Shown: positions 18,632 through 28,344 of the stretch, piece after piece | Layout: each line of letters begins with the position of its first letter | Position numbering within the stretch: the first letter of the stretch is position 1 | Assembly (NCBI GenBank): GCA_039802265.1 | Contig: JBDRWI010000010.1 | Location: 1-42,737 of the forward strand | DNA: 42,737 nt | Direction of reading: 5' to 3' | Source: a candidate division WOR-3 bacterium | GTDB taxonomy: Bacteria > Hydrothermota > Tepidihabitantia > SM23-42 > JAOAFX01 | Notes under the pieces: model-generated | What the model was told of the DNA's origin: nothing | The model's database searches: none | Seen by the model: the letters and a program-made list of their open reading frames with translations, nothing else | Translations under genes and position numbers: made by a program

Positions 18632-19909
18632 ATGGATATAGAATCAAAAAGCATCATTCATGAAGATTTAACTCCTGGACTAACAATTGTTGCCGAAAAT
18701 ATTCCCCGCTACTACTCATTTTCATTAGGCATTTTTATCAATCGTGGTTCAAGGGATGAAGTTCCCAAAATCAATGGGATTACCCACTTAATTGAGCACA
18801 TGCTCTTTAAGGGGACAAGAAGGAAGACGGCATTAGAAATTGTCCGTATGATTGAAGGATTGGGTGGCTCTTTTGATGCCTTTACAACAAAGGAGAATCT
18901 TGTCATTGTAACTAAATTTTTGTCCGAACATCTTATCAGTATCTTTGACTTGGTGCTGGAAATGCTTCTGGAATCAAAACTTGAAAAGGACGATTTGGAA
19001 AAAGAAAAGTCGGTTATCCTTGAAGAGATAAAGTCAAGTAATGAAGACCCCGGTGAATATGTCTTTGATTTGCTCTTCAAGGCGATTTTTAATACCCATG
19101 CGATGGGAATGCCGATTACCGGTACTACCGAATCAGTAAGTAACATTGACCTGAAAACTGTTTCGGCACATTATAGAGAGATGCTACAAAATAAGATGAC
19201 CATTGCGCTAAGCGGTAATTTCCAGTATGAAGAATTTGTAAAACTCGCGCGAAATAGATTTGCCGGATATAAATTGAACACAAATGTGAGAAAGAAACCC
19301 GATGCATTTGTTTCAAGTAGTATTGTTCAGACAAGAAAGGATATATCTCAAGTTCATCTGGCACTGGCAATACCCGCTGTGGAATATGCCTCTCCTATCC
19401 GCCATCACCTTATTTTATTAAGTACAATTCTGGGTGGTGGTATGTCTTCAAGACTTTTCCAGCGTTTAAGGGAAGGGGAGGGATTGGTTTATGATGTCCA
19501 TTCATTCTTAGACCTGTATTGTGACTGCGGGGTATTTGGTTTCTATTTTAATTGTGATAAGAAAAATTTAAAGAAAGCCATTGAGTGTCTTAAATTTATT
19601 TTTGACGAAATTAACCAAAGAAAATTTGACAGGGAAGAAATAAAAATCGCCAAGACGTATGTTACCGGAAATCTTTTATTGGGTCTTGAAAATTCAACAA
19701 ATCGTATGCTCCGTCTTGGTCGTGAATTTTCTTATCTTGGAAAGATAACACCCATAACTGATACCGTTGATAAAATCAAAAATATTACTGATGATGAATT
19801 GAATAATCTTATCGCGCCATATTTTAACCTTTCCAATTATTCAATTGCCGGGGTTGGTCCTATTAAAGAAGATGAGTTAAATAATCTTTTAGATATCATC
19901 AAAGGGTAG
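18632..19909 (+). CDS. M16 (pitrilysin-family) zinc peptidase
   Basis: HLIEH inverted zinc motif, GGGMSSRLFQRLRE; conserved position after pnp. Confidence 0.92.
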   Translation: MDIESKSIIHEDLTPGLTIVAENIPRYYSFSLGIFINRGSRDEVPKINGITHLIEHMLFKGTRRKTALEIVRMIEGLGGSFDAFTTKENLVIVTKFLSEHLISIFDLVLEMLLESKLEKDDLEKEKSVILEEIKSSNEDPGEYVFDLLFKAIFNTHAMGMPITGTTESVSNIDLKTVSAHYREMLQNKMTIALSGNFQYEEFVKLARNRFAGYKLNTNVRKKPDAFVSSSIVQTRKDISQVHLALAIPAVEYASPIRHHLILLSTILGGGMSSRLFQRLREGEGLVYDVHSFLDLYCDCGVFGFYFNCDKKNLKKAIECLKFIFDEINQRKFDREEIKIAKTYVTGNLLLGLENSTNRMLRLGREFSYLGKITPITDTVDKIKNITDDELNNLIAPYFNLSNYSIAGVGPIKEDELNNLLDIIKG

Positions 19910-19917
19910 ATAATTTT

Positions 19918-21213
19918 ATGAAGGTAGTTTTGATTGCACCAGCGGTGGTTGACGAAAAGAGAAGGGGGATGCAGGGCCGGGCATTTCAACTTCCACCTTT
20001 TTCGCTGGCCGCAGTCGCTGCATCAACACCACCGGATGTTGAATTAAAGATAATTGATGAGGCAATTGAACCGATTAACTACGATTGTGATGCTGACCTT
20101 GTTGGCATTACAATTCTCACCAGATTTGCACCCCATGCCTACCAGATTGCCGACCGATTTCGTAGTCGGGGTGTTAAGGTGGTTTTAGGCGGGTTGCATC
20201 CTTCGGCTTTACCTGAGGAAGCAATTCTTCATGCGGATAGTGTAGTCATTGGTGAAGCGGAAGGAGTCTGGGAAAAATTGATAAATGACTTCAGGAAGAA
20301 TGAATTAAAGAAATTTTATAAGAGCGATGACTTTGTAGATATGAAAAGGGTAGGAGTTCCGCGCCGTGATTTGTTCAAGAAAGAGAGATATTTATTCACC
20401 AACCTGGTTCAAACAACCCGTGGTTGTCCCTTCAATTGTAATTTCTGTAGTGTCACGAGATTTTTTGGTGGACGTTTTAGAACCCGGCCCGTTGAATGTG
20501 TTATAGAAGAGATACGAAGTTTAAGAACAAAATTTATTGGCTTCTCAGACGATAATATATTCGGGAACCGTATCTATGCACGCAAATTATTCAATGCCTT
20601 AAAATATGAAGGTGTTATTTGGATGGCTCAGTCATCCATAAATATTGCTGACGACCCGGAATTACTACACCTTGCTGCCCGGAGTGGCTGTAAGGGATTG
20701 TTTGTTGGACTTGAATCGGCAGATGCCGAGTCATTGGTTCAGATGCATAAAGGCTTTCAAAAGCCTCAGAAATTTAAAGATAATATCGCAAGGTTGCATG
20801 ATGAGGGAATCGGTGTTCTTGGTGCATTCGTATTGGGTAGTGACAATGAAGATACATCAATATTCCAGAAGACCTTAGAATTTGCCAAAAAGATAAAACT
20901 TGACCTCGCACAGTTTTCAATTCTTACCCCATATCCCGGGACAAACCTTTTTAATAGACTGCTTAAAGAAAATAGAATCTTTAACTTTGATTGGTCAAAA
21001 TATGATGCAGGGAATGCTGTTTTCAAACCCCTGAAAATGACCGCTGAGCGACTAAAAGAAGAAGTTGATAAACTCTGGCGCGATTTTTACCGCTTTGATG
21101 AAATACTCTTTCGTTTAATAACCCTGGGCAAAAGGTTGCCCATTCAGGTCTTACCATTATTGCTTTTAAATATCAGTTTCAAGAAAGAGATCGCGGCGAC
21201 ACAAGGATTGTAA
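19918..21213 (+). CDS. cobalamin-binding radical SAM protein
   Basis: N-terminal B12-binding region (GGLHPS, GEAE), RGCPFNCNFC, GLES, TPYPGT. Confidence 0.9.
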   Translation: MKVVLIAPAVVDEKRRGMQGRAFQLPPFSLAAVAASTPPDVELKIIDEAIEPINYDCDADLVGITILTRFAPHAYQIADRFRSRGVKVVLGGLHPSALPEEAILHADSVVIGEAEGVWEKLINDFRKNELKKFYKSDDFVDMKRVGVPRRDLFKKERYLFTNLVQTTRGCPFNCNFCSVTRFFGGRFRTRPVECVIEEIRSLRTKFIGFSDDNIFGNRIYARKLFNALKYEGVIWMAQSSINIADDPELLHLAARSGCKGLFVGLESADAESLVQMHKGFQKPQKFKDNIARLHDEGIGVLGAFVLGSDNEDTSIFQKTLEFAKKIKLDLAQFSILTPYPGTNLFNRLLKENRIFNFDWSKYDAGNAVFKPLKMTAERLKEEVDKLWRDFYRFDEILFRLITLGKRLPIQVLPLLLLNISFKKEIAATQGL

Positions 21214-21238
21214 TCAAGAATACAATAATTAAACAACA

Positions 21239-22390
21239 ATGAAACTCAAAGTAAAACCCGAGGATTTTGTTGTTGAGGAGATACTGAAAATCTCGCCCCA
21301 AAAAAGTGGTGATTATACACTTTTGAAACTAAAAAAGCAATTCTGGAATACACTTGATGTTATTAATTTTGTGGCAAAGAAAATGAAGGTTTCCAAAACA
21401 CGATTTTCCCGGGCAGGCTTGAAGGATAGATACGCATTGTCAACTCAATACCTATCATTCCGGGGGGATTTTAAAGAAAAATTTGAAGAGAAGAATTTTG
21501 AGATTATCCCGGTAGGAAAAATTTCTGTTCCCTTATCTCCTGATTTGTTAAAAGGAAATAGATTTTCAATTACCCTCCGCTCTCTTACCGATAATGAGGT
21601 TGAGAAGATATATAAAAATTATCCGCGTATTATTGAAGATGGATTGCCCAACTATTTTGATGAACAGAGGTTCGGCTCGGCACGCCACCGACAGGGTTTT
21701 TTTGCCCGACTGTTAATGCTCGGGCACTACCGGGGGGCACTTAGACTTCTTCTTTGTTATCCCAGTCAGGAAGATAACCCGCAGTTAAAGAGATTTAAAA
21801 ATTTTTGCCGGGATAACTGGGGTAAATGGGAATCAGCTCTTAATTTTGCACCACATGAATTTAAAGAAGTAATCAATTATCTTGAACAGAAGCCGAATGA
21901 TTTTAAGGGGGCAATAAAAAAAATTGATCGGGAGATGTTGAATTTGTATCTGCTTGCCTATCAGTCTTATATCTTTAACCAAACCTTAGGGTTAATTATT
22001 AAAGACTATGGTTTAAAGACCTTTGAAGTTCCCTATTCTATGGGAAATTTTGTATTCTATGAGGAATTACGCCACCGCGAAGCTATTGAAAATCTGTTTA
22101 TACCAATGCTGAATGAAAAAGTTGTAGTAAATGGCTATATTGGTAAGATAATAAATAGAGTGCTTTTTGAGGAAGGGGTGCGATTGAAGGATTTCAGTCT
22201 TTCAAATATGCGCTTTAGAGGGGTCAGGTTCAAATCTTTCTTACGGCCCGCACTCGTCTTTCCTGAAGAGTTTAAAATCGGCGGGTTAGAGAATGATGAA
22301 ATCTACAAAAATAGAAAGAAGCTTACCCTGAATTTTATGCTTAATTCTGGTTCCTATGCGACTCTCGTGATCAAACGACTTTTAGCCTGA
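21239..22390 (+). CDS. truD: tRNA pseudouridine(13) synthase
   Basis: PEDFVVEE, AGLKDRYALSTQ, GNRFSITLR, GLPNYFDEQRFG, GSYAT. Confidence 0.93.
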   Translation: MKLKVKPEDFVVEEILKISPQKSGDYTLLKLKKQFWNTLDVINFVAKKMKVSKTRFSRAGLKDRYALSTQYLSFRGDFKEKFEEKNFEIIPVGKISVPLSPDLLKGNRFSITLRSLTDNEVEKIYKNYPRIIEDGLPNYFDEQRFGSARHRQGFFARLLMLGHYRGALRLLLCYPSQEDNPQLKRFKNFCRDNWGKWESALNFAPHEFKEVINYLEQKPNDFKGAIKKIDREMLNLYLLAYQSYIFNQTLGLIIKDYGLKTFEVPYSMGNFVFYEELRHREAIENLFIPMLNEKVVVNGYIGKIINRVLFEEGVRLKDFSLSNMRFRGVRFKSFLRPALVFPEEFKIGGLENDEIYKNRKKLTLNFMLNSGSYATLVIKRLLA

Positions 22391-22404
22391 AGAGGTATCG
22401 TCAT

Positions 22405-22432
22405 TTGACATTTTATAATAATACTTTATGAT
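22405..22432 (+). promoter_or_regulatory. sigma70-type promoter of the MFS/spermidine synthase-TBDR-lipoprotein unit
   Basis: TTGACA, 16-bp spacer, TATGAT. Confidence 0.55.
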
Positions 22433-22441
22433 GATCACAAA

Positions 22442-24880
22442 ATGTTGCTAATTATTGTCTTTCTCACTGGATTTGTTTCTCTGGTCTTTGAAATTATTTG
22501 GGCAAAGGTATTTGCACTTTTCTTTGGTTCAACTGTAGATGCAAACACGCTGGTGATTGCTGCCTTTATGCTCGGTCTCGGGCTGGGTGCACTATATTGG
22601 GGAAGACGTGCTGATTCTTCCCGGAATCCGGTAAGATTGCTCTCTTTCTGCCTTTTGGGTATTGGGTGTGGTTCTGCAATATTGTTACTTCTCTTTACTA
22701 TTTTAAAATCAATTTACCAATGGAGCGTGCGGTCTTTTGGCCAAAACACAAATATTTTAATTTTTCTTTTGGCTTTTATTTTTATGTTCATCCCCGCATT
22801 TCTCACCGGGGGCATACTACCCTTGGTAACAAGAATCTATATAAGAAAATCTGACAAAATTGGAGATGAATTCGGCAGATTATACGCCCTGAATACCCTG
22901 GGTAGTATCATCGGTGCTGGAGTCAGTGGCTATTTTTTAATCCGGGCTTTGGGTTTGAATGGAACACAAATGTTCTCTATACTCATTATTCTTCTGTGTG
23001 TAGTATTTCTGTTTTTGAAAAATGGTAGAACACCTGATAGAGTTTTAAAGGAGGAAATAGCCACAAAAGACGAGAGGTCCCTTTGCATGGAATTAATAAA
23101 ATCAAAATATAAATTTATACCCATTATCGCGGGTTTGACCGGATTTATTGCCCTTGGTTATGAGGTCGTATGGCTTAGGGCGCTTTCGGTCTTCCTTGCC
23201 AATGCCACATATACATTTACCACGATTTTAATCATTTATTTGGGTGGCATATTTGTAGGTAGTTATTTCTTCTCTAAAAAATTTAGTAATAAAAATTTAA
23301 TTAAGATATTTATTATAATTCAAGTTTCACTCTGTTTTTATGTTTCAATTACTACATTCTTCCTAAATACACTTCCCGTAATTCTCTTTCCTGTAAGAGA
23401 TATTATGGAATCTAATTTTTTAAGAATTTTTTTACCGCCTTTACTTCTTGCTTTGATATTGGTTTTCCCCCCTGCATTGCTTATGGGCATCTCATTTCCT
23501 TTGCTCTGCACACTATATACTAAAATTAACACCATTGGGAAAGAAATAGGGATGATATATTTTACCAACACTCTGGGCAGTATGTTGGGTTCGATCTTTG
23601 CCGGTTTTTTTATCCTGCCATTAATAGGAATTGTACGGGGTATTGTTATAATTGTCTTAATCAATCTGGCAGTTGCTATTTGTGCAATTTTGATTTCAAA
23701 AGAAAAGAAATTTTATCCATTGGGTTATGTCGTGCCTTTGATTATAATTTGTCTGTCAATAGTTAATTCAAAAAGGACGCTAATCTTACCACCTTCAATA
23801 TATCGCACACCAACTCGCGCCGACCGGGTTTTATACTATAAAGAAACAAAGGATGGGACAGTGATAGTGAGTGAAGATAGATTTACTAATATCAAGGCTT
23901 GTTATGTAAATAACAGTGCAGTGATTGGAACAACCTATGATGCAATCAAGGTAGTAAAGATGCTCGGACATCTACCATTTTTATTCAATCCGGGTGCCGA
24001 AGATGTCCTGGTTATTGGTTTTGGTGTCGGAGTTACAACCGCAGCCATTCTTGAACATAATGTGAGGAAGGTTGATTGCGTAGAAATCTGTCCCGGGGTA
24101 AGAAAGGCAGCAGAATATTTTACGAACTTCAACAATTATGTCTTTAATAACCAAAAGGTGAAATTTATCTCTGCCGATGGAAGAAATTTTCTTTTCTTAA
24201 CGGAAAAGAAATACGATGTTATCTCCTGTGACCCGACGCACCCGGGTCTGGGGAGCGGGAATCTATATACCAGGGAATATTTTTTGCTCTGCAAAGAACA
24301 TTTAAATGAAAATGGGGTTATATCTCAATATCTTCCCCTCCACAGATTGTCGCTTAATGAATTCAAATCATTGATTAAGACCTTTGTTGAAATCTTTCCC
24401 CATACTACAGTCTGGCTCGGACATTCCCATGGCATTTTGATAGGCACCAATAAGGCAACAAAAATAGACTTTCAACGCTTAAAATCAATACCAGATGAAT
24501 TATTAAAAGACCCGTATTTACTTTCAGTCTCTTTGATACTTGACGGAGAGAGTTCTCAAAGATTCAGTAAGGAGGGCAGAGTTAACACCGACGACCGTCC
24601 AATTTTAGAATTCTTTACTCCGGCGAGCCTCGGTCGAGAAAATTGGGAAACAAACATCAAGGCTCTCCTGGCTCATCGTACCGAGCCCGAAAAGATAATT
24701 GAAAATATAGATGACCCAATCATTTTGAAAGAATATTTGGATGGACAGAAGTATTACATTAACGGTCTGATTTATCAGAACCGTGGTGAAAGAAAGAATA
24801 TGATTGAAGAATTTAGGAAGGCACTGAAAGTTAACCCACACAACGAAGAAATAGAATTATTTATTAAGAAGGAATTGTAA
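22442..24880 (+). CDS. fused membrane (MFS-like) / spermidine-synthase-like SAM-binding protein
   Basis: Two repeated TM modules (EIIW/EVVW...LYALNTLG/IYFTNTLG), then VLVIGFGVG, VEI, DGRNFL, YDVISCD, NLYTREYF, NTDDRPILEF. Confidence 0.85.
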   Translation: MLLIIVFLTGFVSLVFEIIWAKVFALFFGSTVDANTLVIAAFMLGLGLGALYWGRRADSSRNPVRLLSFCLLGIGCGSAILLLLFTILKSIYQWSVRSFGQNTNILIFLLAFIFMFIPAFLTGGILPLVTRIYIRKSDKIGDEFGRLYALNTLGSIIGAGVSGYFLIRALGLNGTQMFSILIILLCVVFLFLKNGRTPDRVLKEEIATKDERSLCMELIKSKYKFIPIIAGLTGFIALGYEVVWLRALSVFLANATYTFTTILIIYLGGIFVGSYFFSKKFSNKNLIKIFIIIQVSLCFYVSITTFFLNTLPVILFPVRDIMESNFLRIFLPPLLLALILVFPPALLMGISFPLLCTLYTKINTIGKEIGMIYFTNTLGSMLGSIFAGFFILPLIGIVRGIVIIVLINLAVAICAILISKEKKFYPLGYVVPLIIICLSIVNSKRTLILPPSIYRTPTRADRVLYYKETKDGTVIVSEDRFTNIKACYVNNSAVIGTTYDAIKVVKMLGHLPFLFNPGAEDVLVIGFGVGVTTAAILEHNVRKVDCVEICPGVRKAAEYFTNFNNYVFNNQKVKFISADGRNFLFLTEKKYDVISCDPTHPGLGSGNLYTREYFLLCKEHLNENGVISQYLPLHRLSLNEFKSLIKTFVEIFPHTTVWLGHSHGILIGTNKATKIDFQRLKSIPDELLKDPYLLSVSLILDGESSQRFSKEGRVNTDDRPILEFFTPASLGRENWETNIKALLAHRTEPEKIIENIDDPIILKEYLDGQKYYINGLIYQNRGERKNMIEEFRKALKVNPHNEEIELFIKKEL

Positions 24881-27177
24881 TGAAGAGATTGCTTTTCTTT
24901 GCATTTGTGCCTCTGTTTTCTGTCTACTCAGAATATGGTATTATTAAGGGATTTGTATCAGATGCGGAAAATGGGGAAAGGCTCAGTTATGCCGATGTAA
25001 TACTGAAGAATACAACCCTGGGCACGAGCACCGATGAGAAGGGGTATTACTACATTTCCCGTATTCCCGAAGGCGAATATACGGTTATCTTTTCATACTT
25101 AGGATATGAACCGACCGAGAAAAAAGTGGAAATAAAGGGTGGGCAGGTTTTAACATTGAATATAGAATTGAGGCAGTCTTCAATTGTTGTCCCGGGGGTA
25201 GTCGTTTCCGCAGAAAGGGAGCGCTTTGAAAAGAGTGTTGAAGTGAGCCATATTACTTTTACACAGCAGGAGATAAAATCTGTGCCGGGTCTTTTTGAAT
25301 CTGATTTGATAAAGAGTCTGCAATTGATGCCCGGTGTGGTTGGTATGCATGATTTATCAAGCAAATTATATGTGCGTGGTGGTAGTCCGGACGAGAATCT
25401 GGTTTTACTTGATGGGATAACAATCTATAATCCCGCTACGCATCTCTTTGGTCTATTTTCCACATTCCAGCCCGATGCAGTGAAGGAGGCAGAGTTATAT
25501 GCGGGTGGATTTCCGACAAAATATGGGGATAGGTTGTCCGCGGTCCTTGATGTTTCAACAAAAGAAGGGAACTCAAAAAAGTACGAAGGTAATGCGAGTG
25601 TAGGGCTTATTACATCAAAATTACTTATAGAAGGTCCAATTCCCAATGGTTCATTTCTATTCAGCGGCAGAAGGACATACTTTGATGCCTTAATCTGGGG
25701 TTATGCCCATATCTTTAATAAAGATGTAGAACTCCCTTATTATTTTTATGACGGTGTTGGTAAGATAAATTATAATTTTTCAAGTGATAATAAATTGACG
25801 CTTACCGGATTTGGTGGGGCAGATGTGATTTCTTTTACTGAAGGATTATCAATTCCTGAAGAGAAGATTTCAATGTCCTGGGGAAACCGTGGCATTTCGT
25901 TTCGCTGGCGAAGGATATTCAATCCTCAAATATATGGCGATTTTATTGGCGTTTGTAGTAATTTCTTTACCCATTTTAATTATGAAAATCTTATTGATAC
26001 ATCTCAAAATATTAAACTCAATGAGGATATTACAAGTATCTCGGCAAAGGCTGATTTTACATATTTGTTGAATTCTGCTCATACGTTGGAATTAGGAGTT
26101 CAAGAAGAGAATTTGAAGGTTCAACAGAACTGGGAAGTTGCAGAAAGTTTCTTTGGCTCACCCCTTCAGTCTTCTAATCTCATTTCTGTCTATCTCCAGG
26201 ATAGATGGCAGATTATGCCTCCAGTATTGTTTATTCAACCGGGTCTGCGGGGTTTATATTACACTTTGGGCAGAAGACTGCTTTACAACCCCCGTCTTGG
26301 ATTAAAATATCGTTATAGTGAAGACATTGCTTTAAATGTCTCGGCTGGAAAATACAATCAGTTCCTTGTTACCATTAACAGCCAAGAATCTTACTTTTCT
26401 ATCTTTGACTTCTGGCGGCCAGTAGATTCTATCCATCTGCCACCGGTCAGTTACCATTTGGTGGGTGGCATCGAGAAGTGGTTTGATGAAATGACATATT
26501 GCACAGTTGAAGGCTACTACAAAAAATATTATAATCTTTTGATTCCGAAGGAAGAAGATATCTTCTTCAGTACCCCCACTGAAAGTCTCAAGTCGGGTAG
26601 TGGCTATGCAACCGGTATTGATTTTTTCTACAAAAGAAATTTTAGATTTTTTACTTTCTGGCTGGGTTATTCCTTTTGCTGGACAAGAAGGAGTGTCCTC
26701 AGTGAATCATATTTTCCGCGCTATGACCGAAGGCACAATCTTAACATCACTCTTGGCTCAACCGTTCCCAGAATAATCCCCTTTTTAAGGAATGGAAGAC
26801 TTGGCCTGCACTGGTATTTTGGCAGTGGCCTTCCTTATTCGGATATGGTCGCCCGATACCGATACTACACTTTCTGGGATGCCTGGGGTACTCCCTATGT
26901 ATGGAAATGGGATTGGCGTTATATTTCAGGACCAAGGGATTGCTATCGCCTTCCAGTCGCACATCGCCTTGACCTGCACTATGAAAAGGGACTGCGACTA
27001 TTTGGTCTTAACGGTGAATGGTGGTTTGATGTGATGAATGTCTATGCTCAAAAAAATATTCTTTTCTATGTATACGAACTCGACGAAACCGATGATGAAC
27101 TGAAGCCTCCAAAGAAAAGGGCTTATTCAATCCTGCCCATTGCGGTGCCGTCATTTGGCATTACCATTAGATTTTGA
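24880..27177 (+). CDS. TonB-dependent receptor with N-terminal carboxypeptidase-regulatory-like domain
   Basis: G.VSDAENGE.L.YA.V, LQLMPGV, YVRGGSPDENLVLLDG, YGDRLSAVLDV; ends in F. Confidence 0.9.
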   Translation: MKRLLFFAFVPLFSVYSEYGIIKGFVSDAENGERLSYADVILKNTTLGTSTDEKGYYYISRIPEGEYTVIFSYLGYEPTEKKVEIKGGQVLTLNIELRQSSIVVPGVVVSAERERFEKSVEVSHITFTQQEIKSVPGLFESDLIKSLQLMPGVVGMHDLSSKLYVRGGSPDENLVLLDGITIYNPATHLFGLFSTFQPDAVKEAELYAGGFPTKYGDRLSAVLDVSTKEGNSKKYEGNASVGLITSKLLIEGPIPNGSFLFSGRRTYFDALIWGYAHIFNKDVELPYYFYDGVGKINYNFSSDNKLTLTGFGGADVISFTEGLSIPEEKISMSWGNRGISFRWRRIFNPQIYGDFIGVCSNFFTHFNYENLIDTSQNIKLNEDITSISAKADFTYLLNSAHTLELGVQEENLKVQQNWEVAESFFGSPLQSSNLISVYLQDRWQIMPPVLFIQPGLRGLYYTLGRRLLYNPRLGLKYRYSEDIALNVSAGKYNQFLVTINSQESYFSIFDFWRPVDSIHLPPVSYHLVGGIEKWFDEMTYCTVEGYYKKYYNLLIPKEEDIFFSTPTESLKSGSGYATGIDFFYKRNFRFFTFWLGYSFCWTRRSVLSESYFPRYDRRHNLNITLGSTVPRIIPFLRNGRLGLHWYFGSGLPYSDMVARYRYYTFWDAWGTPYVWKWDWRYISGPRDCYRLPVAHRLDLHYEKGLRLFGLNGEWWFDVMNVYAQKNILFYVYELDETDDELKPPKKRAYSILPIAVPSFGITIRF

Positions 27178-27178
27178 T

Positions 27179-27934
27179 ATGGCTAATTTGATAAGATTTT
27201 TGTCAATAAAATTTCTTCTCGTAATACCGGTTATTTGCATCTTCTACTCCTGTGAAAAAAGAAGAGATTATCTCTTTGAAACACAGTTGAATGTCGTCTG
27301 TATTCTACGCAATGATGAACCCTATCCTGTGGCAATAATTGACCGCAGCTATAAGATTGATGAATTTGCTGAATACGACTTGGAGGATGCTCTGGTTTAT
27401 ATCTCTGGACCCGCTATTGTGGAGACACTTTTCTACTCCGGTTATTACAACTACTTTCAGGCGCTAAAACCAATAACAATTCAAGCCGAGTCAGTATATC
27501 ATCTTTCTGTTTGTGCGCCAGGATTTGAATCAGCAACAGGTCTCACCCAAATTCCTGGTAGATTCCAGATAATCAGCCCTTTATGGTATGATACCATAAG
27601 CATTCAAGATTCAATAATTTTTACAAAGAGTAGGGGAGGTGCAATCTACCATATAATTGTTTCGCGGGATGAGATGGGTATTGATTATTATGACTGGTAT
27701 TATCTCCCCGAGATTTCCAGTGATACAATTCTAAAAGTTCCAATTATGCAATTTTATGAATACATAACGGAAAGCGGACCTTATGAATTCTGGATAGTTG
27801 CTCACGATAGCAATTACTTTAATTACGAGTTTCATTTTGGCAGTGAGCCACCGGCTTATGGTATTGAAAATGGCACCGGTCTATTTGGTAGCGCCTGGAA
27901 AGAGGAAGTGAAGGTGTATGTCAAACTGGAGTAA
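27179..27934 (+). CDS. lipoprotein partner of the TBDR (DUF4249-like)
   Basis: Signal peptide with lipobox FYSC; C-terminal IENGTGLFGS; start set at ATG 27179, just after the TBDR stop. Confidence 0.65.
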   Translation: MANLIRFLSIKFLLVIPVICIFYSCEKRRDYLFETQLNVVCILRNDEPYPVAIIDRSYKIDEFAEYDLEDALVYISGPAIVETLFYSGYYNYFQALKPITIQAESVYHLSVCAPGFESATGLTQIPGRFQIISPLWYDTISIQDSIIFTKSRGGAIYHIIVSRDEMGIDYYDWYYLPEISSDTILKVPIMQFYEYITESGPYEFWIVAHDSNYFNYEFHFGSEPPAYGIENGTGLFGSAWKEEVKVYVKLE

Positions 27935-27975
27935 TTAAGAACAATCTTGGCTTAGACAACCTTAAACATTCCCCC

Positions 27976-28003
27976 TTGACTTTTTTAAAAATGTGAATAT
28001 AAT
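27976..28003 (+). promoter_or_regulatory. sigma70-type promoter ~340 nt upstream of the first C25 protease
   Basis: TTGACT, 16-bp spacer, TATAAT. Confidence 0.65.
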
Positions 28004-28344
28004 ATATAATAATAAACTATGTTACTATTTAGTCTAAATAGGTTTAAGTCTCAAGATATGCCTGAGACAGGTAAGTTTTCCGCAAATAAACTTTCTCTTT
28101 GGATAGGAAGGATTAAGGGAGAGAAAACCTTAAAAAAATTCGGGAAAGACTTAAGAGGTTGTGTCCCAATTCAAATTTTGAAGGTAGTCCCAACCTTAAT
28201 AGCCTGTGTTGAATTGAATGCAGGAATACGGAATCCCTTCAGATTAAGACATATTTATTCACAGGCTTCAGCCTGCGGATACCAATTTTACGGGTTATGA
28301 TACAGACTCTTAACTTGTTATGCCTTTTTTGAAAAGGAGGTTTT

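Noticed and set aside
28019..28300. 93-aa ORF upstream of the first protease
   Set aside because: No SD and no recognisable motif, and it overlaps a densely base-paired region. It is not called as a CDS, although a leader peptide is not excluded.
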